From the NCBI RefSeq assembly GCF_009914755.1, contig NC_060927.1: 64,000 nucleotides of DNA, one strand, 5' to 3'. This DNA comes from the human T2T-CHM13v2.0 reference genome, Homo sapiens. Position 1 is the stretch's first letter, and every line of letters starts with the position of its first letter. Below, piece after piece: positions 16,545 through 38,934 of this stretch. The notes below the pieces were generated by a model. It had not been told where the DNA came from. It ran no database searches and saw only the letters and a program-made list of their open reading frames with translations. The position numbers and the translations under genes are program-made.

Positions 16545-16852
16545 TTAAGAAGCAGAAAGGGTCCCCAGGTGTTGAAAACCTGCTGGTGCCAGGCACTGTT
16601 CTAGACACTTTACATAATCTGTTCCCAATTCTTCCAACAACCCTCCAGGGAAAGACTGTTTTCCTCATTTTAAAATAGACATGCTGAGGATCAGAGAAGT
16701 CAAGAACTTGCCCAAAGTCACAGAGCTGGTAATGATGGAGCTGGGATTTGATCCCAGGTCTATGTCTCCTGAAGACATCAAAAGAACCCCTAGGACCTCC
16801 TGAAACAGCGTGGAAGAGTACTGTGGGAAATCCCTGCCACTCGCTTCTCTCA

Positions 16853-17116
<264 letters not shown>

Positions 17117-18493
17117 CTACCAGGCACGTCATCTTGGAGCCTGAGAGTCATAGGTTCCCTCCTCCTTCACTGCTTTTTTCCAGCTAAAACCCAATTGCGT
17201 TATTTATTTATTTTTAAGAAACAGGATCTCGCTCTGTCACCCAGGCTGGAGTACAGTGACATGATCATAGCTCACTGCATCCTCGAACTCCTGGACTCAA
17301 GCGATCCTCCTGCCTCAGCCTCCCAAGCAGCTAGGACTGTAGGCACACACCACCACATTCACCCACTTTTTAAAATTTTTTGTGGAGATGGGGTCTCACT
17401 GTGTTGCCCAGGCTGGTTTCAAACTCCCGGACTCAAGTGATCCTCCCACCTCAGCCTCCCAAAGTGCTAGGATTACAGGCGTGAGCCACTGCCCCAGGTC
17501 CCAATTGCCATTTAAAGAGGTGAATGAAAAATTATGAAAAGGCTGGGAACTACACCTGCCGTCAGTCTCTTCACCTTGAAAATGAGGATAAGGATAAAAG
17601 CCTCAGGGGGCAGGAGAGAATGAAATGGGATCTGTGGCTGTGGTAGATTCTGCAATGACTGGGGCTCCAAGAAAGTAGAAATGAAACTCACGAGTTATTT
17701 TTACTATTTCAAAAGATGAACACAAACCATGAATTTTCCCTTGGTAAGACCACACAAGCTATGTAAGATGTCTTGTTTCTTTGCTTTTTGCTGGAATTAC
17801 ATCTATGCAGTATGTTAATACCGGGGTTCCATGTTGACCAGAGCTCTAGCAGACATTTGAAGATGTCTTGGTTTAAGAAAAAGGGAAAAGTGAACCAATA
17901 CTTCCTAAATGCATTTTGGTTGGTAGACATCATCCTGACAAAACATGGGATCCAAGAGAGAAAGTAAAAGGAAGCCTTGGAAGTGGGAAGCTGGGGAGCC
18001 GCTAAGCACTGTGTTAAGTGCTTGACTACATGTCCTGTGTAATCCTCACTACATCCCTGAGTCATGCCATCCTTGCCCCATTCTACAGGTGAGAGATTAA
18101 GTATCCTCCCCAAGAGCACAGCAGGCAGAGTCAGGGTTCACCCTCAGGTCTGGATGTGGAGCCCCCACCAAGCAGCAGCTGGCTCTCTGCCCTGAAGAGG
18201 GATCAGTTCAAGACAGAAGACAGACACAGGGCAGCCTCAAGGAGTCAGCCCCTGACCCCGAGCCCCACACACCTCCCCTGCCTCTCTTGGACATGTTTGC
18301 TTTTCTTCTAGTTTCCGACAAGGAAACTGTTTGAGCAGGTCCAGCCTCAGCCTAGAGGAGAGAAACAGGCTGGGGTGGGAGAGGGAAGCAGTACAAAAGG
18401 AAGCTGTCAGTGTCTCCCACTTCGGTGCTCAATCCCTCCGTAAGTGCTGAGGGCCACTGTGTGCCAGCCCCGATACACCCACTGTCACTTTTA

Positions 18494-18820
<327 letters not shown>

Positions 18821-19663
18821 TCAGAGTAGGTTTATAAATATGCCCATCATCTGATCTGCTGGGAACACATACACTCCCAATGACAGATGACCTGATACGA
18901 CGTTGCGGAGACAGACAGGAGAGCCCTAGTTTGGAAGCAAGAGACCTGGGTTAGCATCCCAACCCTGCTACTTTCTGTTTTACGTCCTTGGACTAGTCCC
19001 TGAGTCTCTTTCCTTATCTAAAAAGTGAGAGGTTGGTGCTAAACAGTCATTAAGTTCCCCTTTAGCTCTGGGATTTTAGAATCTGTTCTTAAGAGGCAAA
19101 TGGATTCATTTCCAGGCAAGTTCTAAATGTCTCAAATTGCCTTCCTTTCAAGGACACTGCCTCCCCCACAAACCAAGAACAATTCAGACTTCAAACTGTT
19201 CCTGAGGTGCCAAGTAAAACGACTTTTTAGCATTCACTATAAAGCCAATTAGAGATTCTTCAGGAAAGTATATCTATCCCATAGGATAAATGTAACTTTT
19301 TTGATAATATGTCAGGCTTGAATCGAACCCTTTCAAAGAGCCTACTATTTAACTCTGCTCTTAATCTGGTCCTCAATGCACTTTGAATCCTGCCCAAGGG
19401 TTATAGTAGCAAGGCTATCTTGCCTCTGCCATCTGAACAGTCCTTGAATCCATCACTGATTAATCATGAGCAAACCCTCCTACTTCTCACGAGAGTTTCT
19501 CTCGGTATGTCCGACACCCACAGCAGAGCCTTCTTAGCTACAGCAAAAGAATACAGTAACTGAAAACAGCTGCCTTAATAGTCAAATATCAGTAATTCCC
19601 TTAACCACGCAATGCTGTACTAGGCACACTTCCATGCACTTTATAAAGAGTATGCAGCACTCA

Positions 19664-20112
<449 letters not shown>

Positions 20113-20199
20113 CTATGCAATATTTCTCCTGAAGATCTAATGTCTAAAGTCTCAAGGGCAGACCTGACGTAAGTGGGGTGGGGAGGAGGAGAGACAGTT

Positions 20200-21120
<921 letters not shown>

Positions 21121-22279
21121 GATCAAGGCAGTCTTGTCCACAACCTGCTGTCACATAAAGCACATGTAGCTGGTGTAGCACCAGGGGCTGCAATCAAGTG
21201 CGGTGGGGCGGCAATAGTGACCACGGAAATAATCAGAATTGCTTTTAATTCAGCTCCTACTATATTCCCGCATCCCTGAGCCTCACAATCATCCTCCAAG
21301 GTAGGTATTTTTGTCTTTCTCTAACAGATGAAAACTCTGAGTTTCAGAAGAATTAAATGACATCCCCCCAAAAGAGAGACAGTATAAGAATCCAAGTCAA
21401 CCTGAGTCCAAAACCAGTGGCCCTTAACACTGTGTGGCTTTATGGAGGACATGGAGTTTAAGTTTACCTTCAAGGATGAGCAACACTTTTCTTCAAGCAG
21501 AAAAAGAAGGGAATGGGTGAACACGGTCCCAGGTAAGGCACCAGAATCCAGTTTCAGTGAAGCCTAAGGTATATGAGAAATAAGTGAGAATCTGGGGACA
21601 AACAAGAGTGCACTGAAGGCAGGCTAAGGAGTTAGATTTTTAATAATGTAGATGAGACACCAACAGAGGTGTTTAAGTAAGAGAATGATTTCGTTCCTGT
21701 TTTAGGATGTTCGCTTTGGCAGATGATTAGAATACGTGCTGACTTGATAGCCACAACTGTCCTGATAAGAAAGTACGCCGGCCTGGCTGGGCATGGTGGC
21801 TCACGCCTGTAATCCGAGGATTTTGGGAGGCCCAGGCGGGCGGATCACTTGATGTCAGGAGTTCGAGACCAGCCTGTCCAACATGGTGAAACCCCGTCTG
21901 TACTAAAAATACAATAATTAGCCGAGCATGATGGCATGTGCCTGTAATCCCAGCTACTCGGGAGGCTGAGGCACGAGAATCGCTTGAACCTGGAAGGCAG
22001 AGGTTGCAGTTACTTTCCCGACATTGCACCACTGCACTCCAGCCTTGGCGACAAGAGCGAAATTTTGTCTCAAAAAAGAAAGAAAGAAAGCACTCAGGCC
22101 TGACCCAGGACCACAGCAGTGGACATGGAGGGAGGAGGCTGGGGGTAGTTGGATTGGTATGATATGTCACTGAGTAAACGAAGGAAGGGACAGAAAGAGA
22201 ACTCCAAAGTGTCAAAAGCCTGGACAACAGAGAGAAAGCATCCTTGTCATATCATTTAAAGCACCTGTTGGGCCAAATA

Positions 22280-22950
22280 GGGAGCACCTTTCAGAATCCA
22301 TGTGCACAAGATCTCAGCAATTCTACGTCCAAGAATGTAACCTACATCCAAGAATGTACTGGAATTTAATTCCACATCCAAGAATCCCCATAGGTAGCAA
22401 AGATGTATATTTAAGGGTATTCTCTCAGCTTTGTTTTTATGTTAGGAGATTGGGAACAACCTAAATGCCCATCAGCTGGTGACTGGCTAGGTTAACTATT
22501 CACAAATGGAATACTAGGTAGCTTCCTAAAAGAGGAAAGCAATTCTACATATCCTGATACAGTGTGGTCACCAGATAGATGGCTAAGATACAAATAAAAC
22601 AAACAAGTTGCAGTGTTAGAGTATGCTATGTATCACTCCTTTTTAAGGACAAAAAGAGGATATACTTTAACTTTTTAAGATACCAAAGTATTTATTTATT
22701 TAAAATTTTTTTCACAGAATTGTTATAGCATGTAGAACCAAAAATTATTTACAAATGAAATTATTCAATGTCTGAGATTTGTGTCAAAATAATGGTATGG
22801 GGGTTTAGTGAGTAAGCATGTAGGTAGAACAAGATTGTCCATGAGCTGATAGTTGTTGAAGCTGGGTGATCACCTGGGTGTTTTATACTATTTGGGTGTT
22901 AAACTATTTTTTTTTCTATTCTTGTGTATGTGTCAAATTTCCACTTAAGA
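22280..22950 (+). mobile_element. Old L1M (L1MC/L1ME-like) 3' fragment
   Basis: ttgggaacaacctaaatgccc...aatggaatacta...gagctgatagttgttgaagctgggtgat are typical of old L1 3' ends. Confidence 0.6.
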
Positions 22951-23921
22951 AAATGGGGGAAAATGGTGTCAGCCCTCCATTCCAGCTGAACACACCATGT
23001 TAGTTCATGCCCCATCACACCACTCTTCTAGCCATCTGTCAATCTTCTCTGCCTGGCAAATTTCTACTCTTTCATCAGGACCCAGGATAATTATCACCTT
23101 CTCTGAGAGGGCTTTTCCAACCCCTATAGTCAGAATCATTCCTTCTCTATGCTTGGGGCCCCCTGAGAAATGTCTCTAATCCTGTCACAAATACATATTC
23201 CAGTGTCATTATCCATCTCCCTAGTAGACAGTGAACATTTCCATCAATGAGACAATGTCTCAACTATCTTCTTTCTGTCTCAACCCTTAACCCTGGCACT
23301 TAATACTTGTTTGTTAAATTCATGGGTCAGGTCTAGTGAAGACAATGATTAGTTGTTTGGTTTGATACATACTGACCTTGAGAAGTCAAAGGGATATAGG
23401 AGGAGAGAAAGTGAATGAGGAACTGATGTTACTGAGCCTGTGCTAGGAGACTGCTGGGGCAAGGAATAGAGTGAGGAGAAAGGAGGCAAGGCTCCTGCTG
23501 GCAAGGACCTCACTTTCATTTCAGCTGGGGAAGAGCATGGAAAGATGTCATTCTAGAGCATGGTAAGTGCCATGGATGAAATAGACAAGGCAAAACTTAT
23601 TCCACTTCAGCAAAGCGAGTGTCAATATTCTACTTATGGATGAGTGGATGAACACATGTTCAGATGAAATCACTTGTGCAAAGTTTACAGCTGTTAGTGC
23701 TGAACAGGAACAAGCCTTTGTCTGCCATCATGTGCGGCCATGCTTTTTCCTCTGCCCTTCACTGCCATTCGACATGCAGGTGACACTCTGGAGCTCGGAC
23801 CGAACATTCAGATTTGGAGGTCATTCTACAGGAGATAGTTGAAATGAGGGGAGGGGAGAAGGTCTCCTAGAAACCACAAGAGAGGGAAAGTAACAGCAGC
23901 TGACTTTCATTGAGTACTTAG

Positions 23922-24144
<223 letters not shown>

Positions 24145-24387
24145 TAGTCAGGATGGTCTTGATCTCCTGACCTCATGATCTGCCCGCCTCAGTCTCCCAA
24201 AGTGCTGGGATTACAGGCGTGAGCCACCGCACCTGGCCCATACTAAGCCTTTTACACTTTTAAAAGTAAAAGTGAAATCACTTTGCACAAGTGATTTCAT
24301 CTGAACATGTGTTCCTCCACTCATCCATAAGTAGAATATTGACACTTGCTTTGCTGAAGTGGAATAAGTTTTGCCTTGTCAATTTGT

Positions 24388-24422
<35 letters not shown>

Positions 24423-26181
24423 TTCTATTATATATTTATTTATTCCATATAACAACCCTCATTAAGTAGGAACTCTTTTTTGAGGGACAGGGTATTACTG
24501 TGTTGCCCAGGCTAGTCTTGAACTTCTGGCCTGTGGTGTTCCTCCTGCCTTGGCCCCACAGAGTGCTGAGATTACAGGCTTCAGCCACCATGCCCGGTCT
24601 AAAGTAGGAACTCTTAACAGTCCCACATTTATAGCCTGGGAAAATGAAGCTTAGGAAGAATGAAGTCAACAGAGCAACAGAGGTCACACACCTCGCAAAC
24701 AGCAGAGCCCAAATGTCTTACCATGCACTACCCTTTTGAGAAAGAAGACTGAAATCAGGAGCCTGGTAAGGAAATGGTGGAAACAGTGAAAGAGAACAAG
24801 ATGCACTGTTTCATTTGTGAGATGAGAAACAGAAAAAAAGAAATGTCCTGAGAGCCCAAGAAAGACTGTTAGGAAAGGAACTGGGGCAAGTGTCAGAGTC
24901 CATGGAGAAACCCAGCAGGGAAACCTGAGGGTCATGGCAATTGGCCAACACGAGGCGATAAGGGACCTTTGATGGAGCTATTTTTGGTGGTGCTAACCTT
25001 CTTTGCTACAGGCTCACAACTGGAGCATCTGCTTGCTTCCTCTGACCTGCCCCCTGGACTCATGTTGTCATTCTTCTCGCTCAACCTGTCTGCCTAGGGA
25101 AGAAGCCCTGGACTGTGTTTCCCCAATCTCAGTATTCCCAACCCTCCTGGCCCCCAACCCAGTACCTGCAGAGCTGACTCTAACCACCCAGTGCACCTCC
25201 CGCAGGCTGCAGCAGCCCCCATCGAGGCCACTCATTTACAGCACAGGCCCACACAGTCTGACAAAGGACAGCTGCAATCCTCTGTCAACTGCAGTCCTTT
25301 CCCAGGCACATGCTGGATTGGGAAACAGGTGGGAGAAAAGAACAGGTAAGACGTTCCTGTGGGAGTGAGTTAGCCTGGCATTTACTGTGCCTCTTTGTGA
25401 AGAGCAGCCAACCTTTTCTGGCTTAATCAGACTTGCCTAGAGCACTTGAAAAGAATAGCTCTGAAGTCCATGTGATTTTGCTTCCCCACCCCCACCCCAA
25501 CCATGACTGATTGGAACTGGATAGATGTCTTCCTCAGGAGGAGGAGCCAAGGGCTGTTTCCTGTCCCTGGACTTTGGAATTGGGCCACCTAGTCAGTGAG
25601 TGGCCAAGAACCCAATGAGGCTGCCCCATGAAGGGAGCTGAGCTCAGTCAAAGAGATTCATGGCAGAGCACTAGGGTTAATAAAGGCCCACGAACTCTTG
25701 TTGCTGAAGGCTCTAGGGCTGCCCCATCCCTGCCCTTCCTGAGATTTGGTGGATCACCTCTTCCTGGGTTTCCACAAGTCCTCTCTCTCTCTCTCAATAA
25801 CCTATTAAATTGGGGTGTGAGTGGATTCCTGTCCCTTGCATCCAAAGTCTCCTTGGCTATAATGGAGTTCTATAGGAATGAGAGCAAGGGGCAGGAGCCC
25901 AAGGGTAGGAGGTTCTAAGTTTAGGACTTTAGAAATAACATTGTTAAGTGTGTTGATGTCTAAGTCAGAATGGAGGTGATTCCCTCAAGTTTCTAAGCAT
26001 CATCCATTCCATTCTGTCCAACAGACATTTATCAAGCACCTACTCTGTGCCTAGCATTGTGCTAGGTGCTAGAGAGCCAAAAATAAATAGCAGCTGCTCT
26101 TGTGGAGGTCACAGTCTTGGAGGAGTTAAAGACACGGAAACAAATTACAACACAGCGTAACAGCAGTGACAGAAGCACGTA

Positions 26182-26554
26182 TGATATGGTTTGACTGTGG
26201 CCCCACCAAATCTCATCCTGAATTGTAGTTCCCATAATCCCCACTTGTGGTGGGAGGGGCCCAGTCGGAGGTAATTGAATCATAAGGGTAGTTTCCCCCA
26301 TGTTATTCTCGTGATAGTGAGTTCTCATGAGATCTGATGGTTTTATAAGGGGCTTCCCCCTTCACTCAGCTCTCATTCTTCTCTCTCCTGCCACCATGTA
26401 AAGAAGGATGTGTTTGGTTTCCCTTCCATCACGATTGTAAGTTTCCTGAGGCCTCCTCAGCCATGTGGAACTGTGAGTCAATTAAATCTCTTTCCTTTAT
26501 AAATTACCCAGTCTTGGGTATTTCTTCATAGCAGCCTGAGAAGGGACTAATACA
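26182..26554 (+). mobile_element. THE1 (MaLR) solo LTR
   Basis: tgatatggtttg...ggactaataca termini; near-perfect 5-bp TSD acgta / acata. Confidence 0.85.
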
Positions 26555-26716
26555 ACATACGAAGTTGGCAGCAAAGTGAGTGGTGGAAAGGAGAGTCATG
26601 GAAAAGCAAACAAGGGAGGGTTATAACTACAGCTTGGCATCCTCCACTAATGTTGTAAGGTCCTGGAGCATTTTGGCAATGGTGCTAAAATGAGGATGTA
26701 AGGACAAAATCCCCTA

Positions 26717-27124
<408 letters not shown>

Positions 27125-28019
27125 CTATTGGCCTCCAAAGATAATGGAGACAATAGTAATGAAGGTGTCTGGGAGAAAAGTCTAAGGCACAGAAGGTTAG
27201 GCACCCTCATGGAAACAGACTATGGCTAGGGTGGAGGGCAAGTCTTTACTCACAACTGAACATGGTTCCATGGGGCTCAGAAAATAACAAAGAGTGTTCA
27301 TTTAATAAATGTTTCCTGAAAGCAGACTATATGGTAAGCACATGGCTCCTGCCTTGCAGAGCAGTCTAGTGGAGAAGACAGATATTTATCAAATAATCAG
27401 GCAAATAAAATAAAAAAAACAGGCTGGGTGCGGTGGCTCACGCCTGTAATCCCAGCACTTTGGGAGACCGAAGCAGGCAGATCACTTGAGGTCAGGAGTT
27501 TGACATCAGCCTGGCCAATATGGTGAAACCCCGTCTCTACTAAAAATACAAAAATTAGCTGGGCATGGTGGCACTGGCCTGTAGTTCCACCTACTTGGGA
27601 GGCTGAGGCATGAGAAACATTGGAACCCAGGAGGCAGAGGTTACAGTGAGCCAGGATTGCACCACTGCACTCCAGCCTAGGTGACAGAGTGAGATTCCGT
27701 CTCAAAAAAAAGAAAAAATGTTTAAAAATACAACTAAAAAGTGCTATGAAGGAGAGGTACAGTGTGGAACCTCTCTGTATGGAAATAAGGTCCAAGAAGA
27801 CTCCCTGAGGAGGTGGCAATTGAGCCACGATCCAAATGATGAGTAGGAGGTCACCAGTGAAGAGGGGAGGGAAGAGGGTAGACTGTAATTTAATTGTGCT
27901 TTGAATTTGGCACTCAGACAGATATATGGTACTGAGAAAGAGAGGGGAAGAGAAGCAAGGATAACAAGAGACAGTCAAAAGTTCCAGGGGCCCTTGGAAG
28001 AAAGATTCTGAGAACAGAG

Positions 28020-30549
<2,530 letters not shown>

Positions 30550-30637
30550 TTACAACTGCAACTCTGGGCAAAGAATAGGTTGGAAGACTGTTTCAACGTT
30601 TTCCATCAGGACAAGATCATACCGACACAGCTGAGGC
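30550..30637 (-). CDS. LIPH: LIPH exon 10 (last coding)
   Basis: ttcccag|G CCT CAG...; (R)[28 protein letters not shown]; 88 nt. Confidence 0.95.
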
Positions 30638-31045
30638 CTGGGAAAATAAGACAAAATATCCTTGTAAATGAATTTATAAAAATGCAATGGTCTAGTAAAT
30701 AATATTATATCCTTAAGATACAAAATTATTTAGCAATTGTTTTTAATATAGAAAACACTTACGGTGGCCAGGCACGGTGACTCATGCCTGTAATCCCACC
30801 CAGCATTTTAAGAGGCCGAGGCGGGCAGATACTTGAGGCCAGGAGTTCAAGACCAGCCTGGCCAACATGGCTAAACCCCGTCTCTACTAAAAATACAAAA
30901 ATTAGCTGGGTGTGGTAGTGCGTGTCTGTGGTTCCAGCTACTCAGGAGGCTAAGGCAGTACTAGAGCCCAGGAGGTGGAGGTTGCAGTGAGCTGAGATCA
31001 CGCCATTGCACTCTGGCCTGGGTGACAGAATGAGACTCTGTCTCA

Positions 31046-31240
<195 letters not shown>

Positions 31241-31649
31241 TTAGCTGGGCGTGGTCGCGTGTGCCTGTAATCCCAGCTACTTCGGAGGCTGAAGCAGGAG
31301 AATTGCTTGAACCCAGGAGGTGGAGGTTGCAGTGAGCCAAGAACGCGCTACTACTGTACTCCAGCCTGGGTGACAGAGCGAGACTCCGTACCAAAAAAGA
31401 AAGAAAGATGTAAAATTGTATTTACCATATAAGTTCAGCTTTAAAAACAATAAAAGAAAGGAAGATTATATAGAAATAACAATAAATATTAGCAGTGGTT
31501 GCCTCTGAATAATGACAATATGGGTGATATTTTTCTGTTTCCTGACAATTTCTGTACTTTCTAGATTTTGTCAAATAAACATATATTGTCTGATATTCAG
31601 GGCAAAAAAAGTATTAAAAAGTTTTAGGATGTAATGACTATCCTCTTAG

Positions 31650-32017
<368 letters not shown>

Positions 32018-33281
32018 TAAGAAAAAGGAATTCACAAAGTACTAACTACTCACATCATTTCCTGTCTCCCTCTCTGTCCACAGGTTAGATGCTAGGACTA
32101 TATGGTAGACTGGCATTTGTCACAAAACATACATGTCAACACAGCTCTGTACTTAAATAATAATTCTTTCTCTCCTTCTCGCCCTCTTTCTCTGTTTCTC
32201 TCTCTTTCTCTCCCCAAACATACATTGTTTATTTTTTCTGGCACAATTGAGAATAGATTGTTTACTCCTTAATACTTCATTGTATATTTCCTAAGAACAA
32301 GGACATTTTCAGTGCCATTATCAAATTTAAGAAATTCAATATAATACTTTTGTACTGTCAAGGGTACAGTGGCTCATGCCTGTAATCTCAGCAATTTGGG
32401 AGACAAAGGCGGGCGGATACTTGAGGCCAGGAGTTCAAGACCAGCCTGGCCAACATGGCGAAACTAAAAATACGAAAATATTTTTTTCTACTAAAAATAC
32501 AAAATCACAAATACAAAAATTAGCTGGGTGTGGTGGACGTGCCTGTGGTCAAGGGAATAAAATGTTCCAATTTTCTGTACCTTTTTTTATACTAGGCTCT
32601 GTTTAATCAGCTTGCCAAATTATCCAAAGCTTTCTTTTCTACAACAAATTACCAGCTTACAAGCAGTGTGGTAGTTAGGGAAGAACTGTATAGTTCTAAG
32701 CATATAACAACATTATTTCCTTGGATTACTAGGCCATCTACCTTATCTACCTTTAAGTACATGCAGTATAATTTTCTTGGATTACTGGGCTACCTGTTTT
32801 TATTTTTAAAATTTTTTATTTAATTTTTTGTTTTTATTTTGAGATAGAATCTTGCTATGTTGCCCAGGCTGGACTTCAACTCTTGGGCTCAAGTGATCCT
32901 TTCACCTCAGCCTCCTGAGTAGTGGGATTACAGTCATGTACCATCAAATGCAGGTGGGCTGGGCCACTTGCTTTCTGTTTTGGGTTGTTTTTTTTTTCTT
33001 TTTTTGTAGAGACAGGGTCTCCATACGTTGCCCAGGCTGGCTAGAACTCCTGAGCTGAAGCAATCCTCCCAGCTTGGCCTCCCAAAGTGCTGAGATTATA
33101 GGCTTGAGCCACTACACTTGGCCTGGGCTACTTGTTTATAATAAAAACTATTTTTGGAAAACCCATCATGTCCCTCATTGTGAATAATAGAGTCTTATTA
33201 ACACATCAGACCAAGCAGATTGGACAGGATCCAGCAACATCTTTGGAAAACAGCGTTTTGTCAAACCGTACCCTCAGCTCA

Positions 33282-33716
<435 letters not shown>

Positions 33717-34236
33717 TTAGAGAGGCACGATGCTAATGACTGCCTAGTACACACCAGATGATGTCCTTGTCTCTCGACTCATCTCTCCAACTCCCCAGAA
33801 CATTCCGCAAGGGGGGCATTATTCTCCTCATTTAATAGACAGAAATAGATGCTTACAGAGATCAAGCTCCCCAGGTGACAGGCCTTATATGTAGCAGTGA
33901 AGAGATTCCAACCCAGTTCTGGCTGAGTTCAAAGTTATGATCTTTCCGTTAAACTGCATCCCTAGATGCCTAAGTATATCTTTAGCCAAAATAGATGCTA
34001 ACTGAATTGTGCTGTAGCATGTATTTTTTTTAGTTCTCCCTCTCAAGATGAACCTTAAAAAAGGCAAATCCAGAGTCTGATCCTGTTATCCAAGTGTATA
34101 GAGATGTTTTCTATAGGTGGAAAACCAAATTGAAGGTAAGGCATATCACTGGAGAGGTTCAGCTCACTCACTGTCTTTCTGGGGAGGTGGAAGAACCATG
34201 GAGCCCCTGGCTTTGGGAACAGAAGGCTTGCTCTAG

Positions 34237-34575
<339 letters not shown>

Positions 34576-34649
34576 TAATCGTGACGAGGTATCTGTCACC
34601 CCACTGGGATCATGTCTAAGTCCCATGGAGTACAGAAGTGCCACAAATA

Positions 34650-35517
<868 letters not shown>

Positions 35518-36167
35518 AGCCAGGCGCGGTGGCTCACACCTGTAATCCCAGCACTTTGGGAAGCCGAGGCGGGCAGATCATGAAGTCAGGAGTTTGAGAC
35601 CAGCCTGGCCAGCACGGTGAAACCCCGTCTCTACTAAAAATACAAAAAATTATCTGGGCATGGTGGCATGTGCCTGTAGTCCCAGCTACTCAGGAGGCTG
35701 AGGCAGGAGAATCGCTTGAACCTGGGAGGAGGAGGTTGCAGTGAGCTGAGATGTTTTGATGTATGTATACAATGTGGGATAATTAAATCAGCATATTCAT
35801 TTGTTGTTTAAATCCTTTATCGAAAACAAGGATAACTTTTGTATTACATGTTTAATCAAAGGAAGTAAGGAGGAGAGGAACAAAGGGAGAAAGAGAGGGA
35901 AAGAGGGAGGAAAGGAAGGAAAAAGGGAGGAAGCAAAGAAAGGAAGAAGAGAAGGAGGGAAGGAAAGAAAACCCTTGCACCAATCCCATTTGTAAAGACC
36001 CTGGGAGATCAAGAACCAGGGAAGCAACTAAGCAATAGTTCCCCTTATATCTTTTATAGAACAAGGAAAAGCATAGATCTATAAATAAGAAAGTAGGTGG
36101 ATTTGTGATTTAATTTCTCTGAGCAAAAAGGGAAATAGCGCACTGCAAACAATTGTAACTCAACTTA

Positions 36168-36317
<150 letters not shown>

Positions 36318-37434
36318 CTACCAACTGATCCCCTGAAGGGCTGGTTCCTAAAAACTGAACCTCCCTAATCACTGAGTCTCTTCTTCTCTTTCTCTCTGGT
36401 TTCTCTGCAAAGATCCAGGGCAGAAGTTTCTAATATTCCCTTCTCTTCTCTTTGGTAAAGATGGCATGAGTGATAGCAGAGTTCATTGGTTTCCAGTCAC
36501 CATGGTCAGGCATCATCGTTGAACCAGTGTTTCCAGGTATTGTGAAGTCTTAGGGCTTATGGCTGAGTGTGGTTCACATCAATTCCTGCCCATTTTAGAC
36601 TCAACCAACTAAGGGGCCATTCGGAGACCCTCCAGGGCTGAGACGGTTTTCCACAGTTTGGGCCAAGTCCACCAGCCTACTCAGCCTTCCTCATCCTTCT
36701 CCCAATCATGCTCCACCACCTGCACTCCCTGCACTGTGAAGGCTCCTGGGCCTTCACCCACCTGGGCACGCTTACTTTGCCAGCTCTGTGAATCCACCTT
36801 TTAGGTTTCAACTTAATGTCATTCCTCCAGAAGGCTTTTCCTGACCCCCAGACTAAGTCAGGTCTCCTTTCTTGAAGTTCCTGCCATACTCTGGACTCTC
36901 CCCATTATTATTCAGCACACTTTCCTGTATTTACAAAATGCAAGAAAGGGTGATAATAAAAATAAAGTGGCATTCCCTAACCAGCAGACTCAGAGAAAAA
37001 AAAAGTGGTGAATATGTGGGTACATCTATACAAATGTTACCTGAATAATGTCTTATGGGTTTTTTTAAAAAAAAAAAAGATAAAATTAAAACACGCTACA
37101 ACAGGAACTAATCAGGGAGATGACAGTCCCACGAAGGAATAAGGTCAGTCCTGGATTTGCCATTTTATGGCCCAACTTGCTCAGGGGCTTGCCCCATACA
37201 GACCAGGTAGGTGCCAAATCCTGGGCTGCCACACATGGCTCCAAAGAAAGAGGGAAACCCAGTGATCTGCAGGCTTTTTTTTTTTTTTAAAGAATCTCTC
37301 TGTGTTGCCCAGGCTGGAGTGCAGTGGCGTAATCTCGGTTCACGGCAACCTCTGTCTCCTGGGTTCAAGCAATTCTCCAGCCTCAGCCTTCTAGGTAGCT
37401 GGGATTACAGGCAAGCACCACCACGCCCAGCTAA

Positions 37435-37584
<150 letters not shown>

Positions 37585-37687
37585 TAGCCTCCAGGCTCTT
37601 TTAAAAGAGTTGCTCACACCTGGCATGGAAGTTCACACCTGTAATCCCAGCACTAAGGCAGGAGGATTGCTTGAGCCCAAGAGTTCA

Positions 37688-37969
<282 letters not shown>

Positions 37970-38817
37970 TCACCTGAGGTCAGGAGTTTGAGACCAGCCT
38001 GGCCAACATGGCAAAACCCCGTCTCTACTAAAAATACAAAAATTAGCCAGGCATGGTGATGCACACCTGTAGTCTCAGGTACTCGGAATCCTGAGGCAGG
38101 AGGATCGCGTGAACCCAGGAGGCAGAGATTGCAGTGAGCTGAGATTGCGCCACTGAACTTCAACTTGGGTGACAGAGTGAGACCCTGTCTCAAAAAAAAT
38201 AAATAAAATGAAATAAAATAGTTGTTCCCAAGGAAAGTGAAAATGGGTACAAGACTGTAGGAAAAACACATCTGCCCAAGGAAATTCTAGTTGCTTCCCA
38301 AGGCGTCTAATCATTGGCTGCCCCCTTTAATTCCCATCTGGAATACTCAACCTCTCGAGGCCTTTGGGTCATCATGTTTGCTTTAGAGCTGGAACTGACC
38401 TGTAGATATGGCTGACACCTGATTTTTCCTAGTCTTAATTTTATGTCTTTTGGGGAATCAAGCAATTTTCTGGAAGATCTTAGTGATTAGAATGGTCATC
38501 CAGTGAAACTAACGACTCTGATTTGTTGAGATTTTATTAAATTAATATTTTTAAATGGCATCAGATTAAACCTAATATCCCAGAATACAGGCATTATTAC
38601 CCCCATTTGACCAGTCAGGACATTGAGACTCAGAGAAGTCAAATGACTTCACCAAGGTCCCACAGCTATTATGTGGTAGACTCAGGAGTCAACCGAGGCC
38701 CTTCCAGCTCCAAAGTTGATGCTTCATCATGGCTCTTATTTGCCAAGAAGTAGCCAGGAAGCTGAGACTCAGCCATCCCCAAAATGAGAGTTAGGCAAAA
38801 GCCAACAACCACATTCA

Positions 38818-38934
<117 letters not shown>

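Noticed and set aside
22323-22386. Triple (c/g)tccaagaat repeat
   Set aside because: Short slippage inside a decayed L1; spacing irregular and no sign of function.
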